Of a stretch of DNA of 64,000 nt, positions 59,258 to 64,000 are shown piece after piece. Position 1 is the first letter of the stretch; each line of letters starts with the position of its first letter. Position numbers and translations under genes: made by a program. Where the stretch lies: the NCBI GenBank assembly GCA_019057865.1, contig JAHLWP010000011.1:6248-70247 (forward strand), read 5' to 3'. The notes beneath the pieces were generated by a model, which ran no database searches, was not told the DNA's origin, and was given only the letters and a program-made list of their open reading frames with translations. The stretch is from Promethearchaeota archaeon (lineage in GTDB: Archaea; Asgardarchaeota; Lokiarchaeia; Sigyniarchaeales; SOKP01).

Positions 59258-61537
59258 ATGATACAAGAAAATAATAATAACAGAATCGCTAAATTGAGAA
59301 TTGAACGATTGGAAAAAAGCAGAAGTGGACGTTCTTTATGTTATATTGACCAACAAATAATGAGCGAATTAGCATTAAATACTGGTGATATAATTGAGTT
59401 AAGAGGGAAAAAGAAAACTACTGGTATTGCTGTTGCGAGTGCTACAGATAGGGGAAAAAATATCATTAGATTAGATGGGCTTCAAAGGCTAAACGCAGGT
59501 GCTACTATTGGAGAATTTGTATCCGTTCAACATGCAGAAGTGTATCCAGCCATTGAGATTGTTCTGACCCCTACTAGACCAAACATTGATTTAAAAAGGC
59601 AAGCAGAAGCAATTAAAGGTAAACTCATTGATAAACCTGTAGTTCTTGGTGATATTGTTGATGTCTTAGGAACTTTTGTTCAAAAAGATAGCTCTGATAA
59701 CCCAATGAATGAAATTATGAAGATGCTTCCATGGGGTAGCAAAAAAAGAACAACATTAGGAATATTAAGATTGATAGTAGAAAATTTAAAACCCTCAGAT
59801 AAAGTTGTAAAAATTACTCGTGATACTCTAATAAAGGTTAATAAAAGAGTTGCTGTTTTAAATGTTTCAGGTGGAGTTGTTACTTATGATGATGTTGGAG
59901 GGTTAACTGATGAAATTCAGAGAATAAGAGAAATGGTTGAGTTACCTTTGAAACATCCTGAACTTTTTCATCGATTAAATATTGACCCTCCTAAAGGTGT
60001 TTTATTTTATGGACCTTCTGGAACAGGAAAAACATTGATGGCAAAAGCAGTATCTCAAGAATCTAATGCGTATTTTATCACGATTAATGGTCCAGAAATT
60101 ATGAGCAAATTTTATGGAGCAAGCGAAGGGCGTCTTAGAGAAAAATTTAGAGAAGCAGAAGATAATGCACCTTCTATCATTTTTATAGATGAAATTGATT
60201 CAATTGCTCCAAAAAGAGGAGATACTTCTGGAGAAGTAGAAAGACGAGTTGTTTCCCAATTACTCGCTTTAATGGATGGTTTACAAGGAAGAGGTGAAGT
60301 AATTTGTGTAGGTGCCTCAAACAGAATCAACTCTATTGATGAGGCATTGAGACGTCCAGGACGATTTGATAGAGAAATTGAATTTGGAGTTCCTAATGTA
60401 AATGGTAGGAAAGAAGTCTTTCAAATTCATACAAGAGGAATGCCACTCCTCGAAGATGTCAATCTCGATAACTATGCTGAGATAACTCATGGATTTGTTG
60501 GTGCTGATATAATGGCAGTATGTAGAGAAGCTGCAATGTTTTCTTTAAGGAGAATCTTGCCAAAAATTAATTTGGATGAGCCAATTCCAAGTGAAGTTAT
60601 TCAAGAATTAAAAATTAAAGATGATGATTTTGTTAAAGCAATTAATATGATTGAGCCATCTGCCATGCGAGAAGTTATGGTTGAGATCCCTAATGTAATT
60701 TGGGAAGATATAGGTGGTTTAGAAGATATTAAACAAGAGTTAAAAGAAGCAGTAGAATGGCCATTGAAATATCCAAAATTGTTTGAAAGAGCAGGAATAC
60801 GTCCTTTAAATGGAATCCTTTTATTTGGACCACCTGGATGTGGAAAAACACTATTAGCTAAAGCAGTTGCAACTGAAAGTAAGTCAAATTTTATCGCAAT
60901 AAAAGGACCTGAGATCTATTCTAAATGGGTTGGAGAAAGCGAGAGAGCTGTTAGAGAGATATTTAGAAAAGCGCGTCAAGCAGCTCCTTCAATTATATAT
61001 TTTGATGAAATCGATGCAATAACTTCTGGTAGAGGAAATTTTGAAGGAACTCATACATTTGCTTCAATTGTAAATCAAATCCTGGTAGAAATGGATGGTG
61101 TGGAAAATCGAAAAGGAATCATAGTCGTTGCTAGCACTAATCGTCCAGATATTGTAGATCCTGCATTTTTAAGACCGGGACGGTTTGATCGCTTAGTATA
61201 TGTAGAATCTCCCGATTATGATGCTAGATTAAAAATCTTAGAAGTTCATACCAAAAAAATGCCATTAGTTAAGGAAATTTCTTTAGAGAGAATCGCCCAC
61301 ATTACTGAAGGTTATAGTGGGGCAGATTTAGAAAATGTATGTCGTGAAGCAGGAATGCAAGCAATTAGAGAAGAATTAGATAAATTAAAAGAAATAAAAC
61401 AGAAATATTTTGATTTTGCACTATCTAAAATTAAATCAACTTTGCCTAAAGAAGTAATAGAGAGATATGAGAATATGGCAAAAAAAATAACAGAATCTCG
61501 AAATATAACAGAATCTCAATCTGATTTATATAGATAA
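59258..61537 (+). CDS. cdc48: CDC48/VCP AAA+ ATPase
   Basis: N-domain plus two AAA modules ([23 protein letters not shown] x2), C-terminal LYR; ATG at 59258 preferred over TTG 59210. Confidence 0.95.
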   Translation: MIQENNNNRIAKLRIERLEKSRSGRSLCYIDQQIMSELALNTGDIIELRGKKKTTGIAVASATDRGKNIIRLDGLQRLNAGATIGEFVSVQHAEVYPAIEIVLTPTRPNIDLKRQAEAIKGKLIDKPVVLGDIVDVLGTFVQKDSSDNPMNEIMKMLPWGSKKRTTLGILRLIVENLKPSDKVVKITRDTLIKVNKRVAVLNVSGGVVTYDDVGGLTDEIQRIREMVELPLKHPELFHRLNIDPPKGVLFYGPSGTGKTLMAKAVSQESNAYFITINGPEIMSKFYGASEGRLREKFREAEDNAPSIIFIDEIDSIAPKRGDTSGEVERRVVSQLLALMDGLQGRGEVICVGASNRINSIDEALRRPGRFDREIEFGVPNVNGRKEVFQIHTRGMPLLEDVNLDNYAEITHGFVGADIMAVCREAAMFSLRRILPKINLDEPIPSEVIQELKIKDDDFVKAINMIEPSAMREVMVEIPNVIWEDIGGLEDIKQELKEAVEWPLKYPKLFERAGIRPLNGILLFGPPGCGKTLLAKAVATESKSNFIAIKGPEIYSKWVGESERAVREIFRKARQAAPSIIYFDEIDAITSGRGNFEGTHTFASIVNQILVEMDGVENRKGIIVVASTNRPDIVDPAFLRPGRFDRLVYVESPDYDARLKILEVHTKKMPLVKEISLERIAHITEGYSGADLENVCREAGMQAIREELDKLKEIKQKYFDFALSKIKSTLPKEVIERYENMAKKITESRNITESQSDLYR

Positions 61538-61623
61538 CTAAAATTTCATTATTTAGCTTTTTATTATGTATAATTCTTTTTTAATTTCTTTCTTATTTTA
61601 AAGTTAAAAAAAATGGACTAAAA

Positions 61624-62775
61624 TTACAACTCTTTAATATATTCTTCAATTCTATCCATACCTTCTTTAAGTTTATCTATAGCAGTCGCATAAGATATTC
61701 TTACCATATCTTTTGAGAAAGAACCAAAGGTCTCACCTGGTATAATCGCAACGCTTTTCTTTTTCATCATTTCAGCTGAAAATTCTGATCCTGTCATATT
61801 AAACTTTTTTAATGAAGGCATTATGTAGAAAGCACCACGAGGTTTAACAACATCAAATCCCATTTCTTTTAATCTTTCATAAACAAGTGTTCGCCTTTCA
61901 TTAAATCTTTTCAAGATCTTTTCGAAAAATTTAATATCCATCTTTAAAGCTTCAATAAAACCATATTGAGCTGCATGATTTGTACCAGCAACAGTGTATT
62001 GATGAAATTTTTCCATCAAATCAATTATCTCTTTTGAAGCTACAACATAGCCTAACCTAAATCCAGTGGCAGAAAATAATTTTGACATTGCATTGATTGT
62101 AATAGTGCGATTAATCATTCCATTAAAAGAAGCAGGACTTAAATGTTTCAAACCATCATAAAGATAATTTTCGTAAACTTCATCTGATATTATAAATAAA
62201 TCATTATCTTTGACTATATCGACAATTTCATTAAGTTCGTTAGAACTAAATGCATATCCTGTGGGATTATTGGGTGAATTAATAATAATTGCTTTAGTTT
62301 TTTCTGTAATTGCCTTTTTCAATTTTTCTAAATTTGGGCTAAAATCGGGATTTCTTTGAATTTCTACTACTTTTACACCAAAAAAAGATGCGATGTAGAA
62401 ATATGAAAGGAAGTTCGGAGAAAACAAAATTAACTCATCTCCGGGATTGAAAAGTGAGGCATATGCAAGGCAAAGAGCTTGGCTCCCACCATTAGTTACT
62501 ATGATATTTTCTTTCCAATTTGTTTCTATATTATTAAATTTTTTTAATTTGTTTTCAATTAATTCTAATAATTCAGGAAGACCTCTCGTTGGGGCATAGG
62601 AGGTAACTCCTTTTCTTAAAGCTTCAATTGTTCCTCGAATTGCTGGTTCGGGAGTTGGAAAATCAGGTTGACCAATTCCAAGGCTTATTACATCCGATCT
62701 TCCTAATGCTATATCAAATAATTCTCTTATCTTAGATTTTGGAGCTTTAGATAGATTTTGAGATAGTTCTTTCAT
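61624..62775 (-). CDS. PLP-dependent aminotransferase class I/II
   Basis: IGQPDF, NSPNNPTG, SDEVY, SKLFSATGFRLG. Confidence 0.93.
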   Translation of the reverse strand: MKELSQNLSKAPKSKIRELFDIALGRSDVISLGIGQPDFPTPEPAIRGTIEALRKGVTSYAPTRGLPELLELIENKLKKFNNIETNWKENIIVTNGGSQALCLAYASLFNPGDELILFSPNFLSYFYIASFFGVKVVEIQRNPDFSPNLEKLKKAITEKTKAIIINSPNNPTGYAFSSNELNEIVDIVKDNDLFIISDEVYENYLYDGLKHLSPASFNGMINRTITINAMSKLFSATGFRLGYVVASKEIIDLMEKFHQYTVAGTNHAAQYGFIEALKMDIKFFEKILKRFNERRTLVYERLKEMGFDVVKPRGAFYIMPSLKKFNMTGSEFSAEMMKKKSVAIIPGETFGSFSKDMVRISYATAIDKLKEGMDRIEEYIKEL

Positions 62776-62866
62776 AATTTATTCACTTATTTAATCTTTT
62801 TTAAATAGTTCGCTTTTTATAAGAATGCTTAATAATAAGAAAATAAGATTGAACTATTGAGATTTT

Positions 62867-63427
62867 CTAAACCTTTACGCCATGATTTTTCAAAATTTGG
62901 TGAACCAGAAGTGAGAATGCTTCTTCGATATTTTCCCCTAACTTAGCACTTGTTTCTACAAAATCACTAGCATTAATTTCTTCTGCAAATATTTTTCCTT
63001 TTTCAGTGGGGACAGCTCTCTGCTCTTTTAAATCTGTTTTATTTCCAATCAAAATATATGCTCCTTCTTTCTTCACATATCTTTTAAAATCTTTTAACCA
63101 CTTTGTTCCTATTGAATAAAAAGTTGCCGCACGGGTAATATCAAATACAATTATACATCCACTAACTCCCTGAAAATACATTGATCTTATAACATTGTAT
63201 TTTTCTTGTCCGGCTAAATCCCAAATTATAAGTCGAACTCTTACGTTTAAATTGTCTAAATTAATATCTTTACGTATAATATTTGCTCCTAAAGTAGGTT
63301 TATAATCTTCCTGAAAAGTTTCTTCACAATATCTACTAATCAATGAAGTTTTACCTACTGCAGCATCTCCAAGCATAGTTATTTTAAATACAAATTCTCG
63401 TAATTCTTTAACTTCTTCTGTTGTCAT
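62867..63427 (-). CDS. Rab-like small GTPase
   Basis: GDAAVGKT, WDLAGQE, GNKTD, ETSAK. Confidence 0.93.
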   Translation of the reverse strand: MTTEEVKELREFVFKITMLGDAAVGKTSLISRYCEETFQEDYKPTLGANIIRKDINLDNLNVRVRLIIWDLAGQEKYNVIRSMYFQGVSGCIIVFDITRAATFYSIGTKWLKDFKRYVKKEGAYILIGNKTDLKEQRAVPTEKGKIFAEEINASDFVETSAKLGENIEEAFSLLVHQILKNHGVKV

Positions 63428-63458
63428 TTTGCAATTTATATATTGTTTTTATCTTTAT

Positions 63459-64000
63459 TTAAAACTTTTTTTCAATTTTTAATTTTAAAACAAAATTATT
63501 ATGTTGAGGATCATTTACATCTTCGCTCTTTCTATAGTAATTTATTCGAGAATCAGTTGTTAATGTTTTTTCTAAGGAATGAATAATAAATCCTTTAAAT
63601 AAATCACATGATACACCAATTTCAGAACAGAAAATACATTTTTCGACTTTAACTACAAACAAATTATTAGATTTTTCTATAATTTCAACTTTCCAATCTG
63701 TTAAGATTAATTCATTTATTTCACTTATTATCTCTTCAAAATTTTTTCCGTATGGAAATAAATAAAATGAGAATTTCTTTCCAATTTCAAATAGTAGTTT
63801 GTTAGAATCAAATAATAGACAATTTTGAGCAGCAATAATTTTTTTAAAAGAAAAGAAATCAATAGTACCGTTAGGATCGACATCTCTCATATCCTTCAGA
63901 TGTATCAAACCTGCTTCTTTTAGAATTGATTTCATTCCATCATAATCAAGATTGTCTAAATAGGACTGTAATAAGGCGGTGACTACTCTATTTTTTACAA
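63459..64000 (-). CDS. V4R-like domain protein (5'-partial; frame open to window edge)
   Basis: Frame continues upstream as VKNRVVTALLQSYLDNLDYDG-MKSILKEAGL; CIFC...CDLFKGFIIHSL V4R-like motif. Confidence 0.65.
   Translation of the reverse strand, partial: VKNRVVTALLQSYLDNLDYDGMKSILKEAGLIHLKDMRDVDPNGTIDFFSFKKIIAAQNCLLFDSNKLLFEIGKKFSFYLFPYGKNFEEIISEINELILTDWKVEIIEKSNNLFVVKVEKCIFCSEIGVSCDLFKGFIIHSLEKTLTTDSRINYYRKSEDVNDPQHNNFVLKLKIEKKF

Noticed and set aside
1697-60330. Numerous antisense or overlapping short ORFs in the track (e.g. 1697, 3355, 18398, 30012, 34291, 42145, 46145, 51619, 55088, 60112)
   Set aside because: Shadow ORFs opposite or inside well-supported genes, with no motifs
1-64000. 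tRNA, rRNA, CRISPR arrays, transposases/integrases
   Set aside because: None recognised by eye; no regularly spaced repeats or GC-rich cloverleaf segments seen

Overview
AT-rich archaeal chromosomal window, almost certainly Lokiarchaeia (Asgard archaea). The evidence is a Loki-type profilin, four Rab-like small GTPases, longin-like and V4R proteins, a JAMM/MPN protein, eL38, PSTK and a reductive dehalogenase, set among archaeal housekeeping genes (prs, map, aspS, truD, pth2, thermosome, argS, speB, dys, tbp, cdc48). Accessory patches: a type IIG restriction-modification island next to a truncated type III Mod fragment (8.9-14.6 kb), a decayed patch (19.9-24.0 kb), a TPR-nitrilase gene bracketed by a 76-bp duplication of the HDAC 3' end (27.4-31.9 kb), and a candidate halocin-C8/saposin-like toxin with small membrane genes (35.0-37.2 kb). 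The most striking unannotated signal is a ~480-nt ORF-free region (5232-5720) with a TATA box, a T12 terminator, a 13-bp 5'/3' closing helix, many nested helices and possible pseudoknots, i.e. a candidate large structured ncRNA that I cannot assign to a known family. A GTPase-thioredoxin-V4R-GTPase cluster and nearby longin genes suggest a proto-TRAPP/Rab-like signalling neighbourhood. No tRNA, rRNA, CRISPR array or transposase was recognised. All calls come from motif reading by eye; no searches were run.
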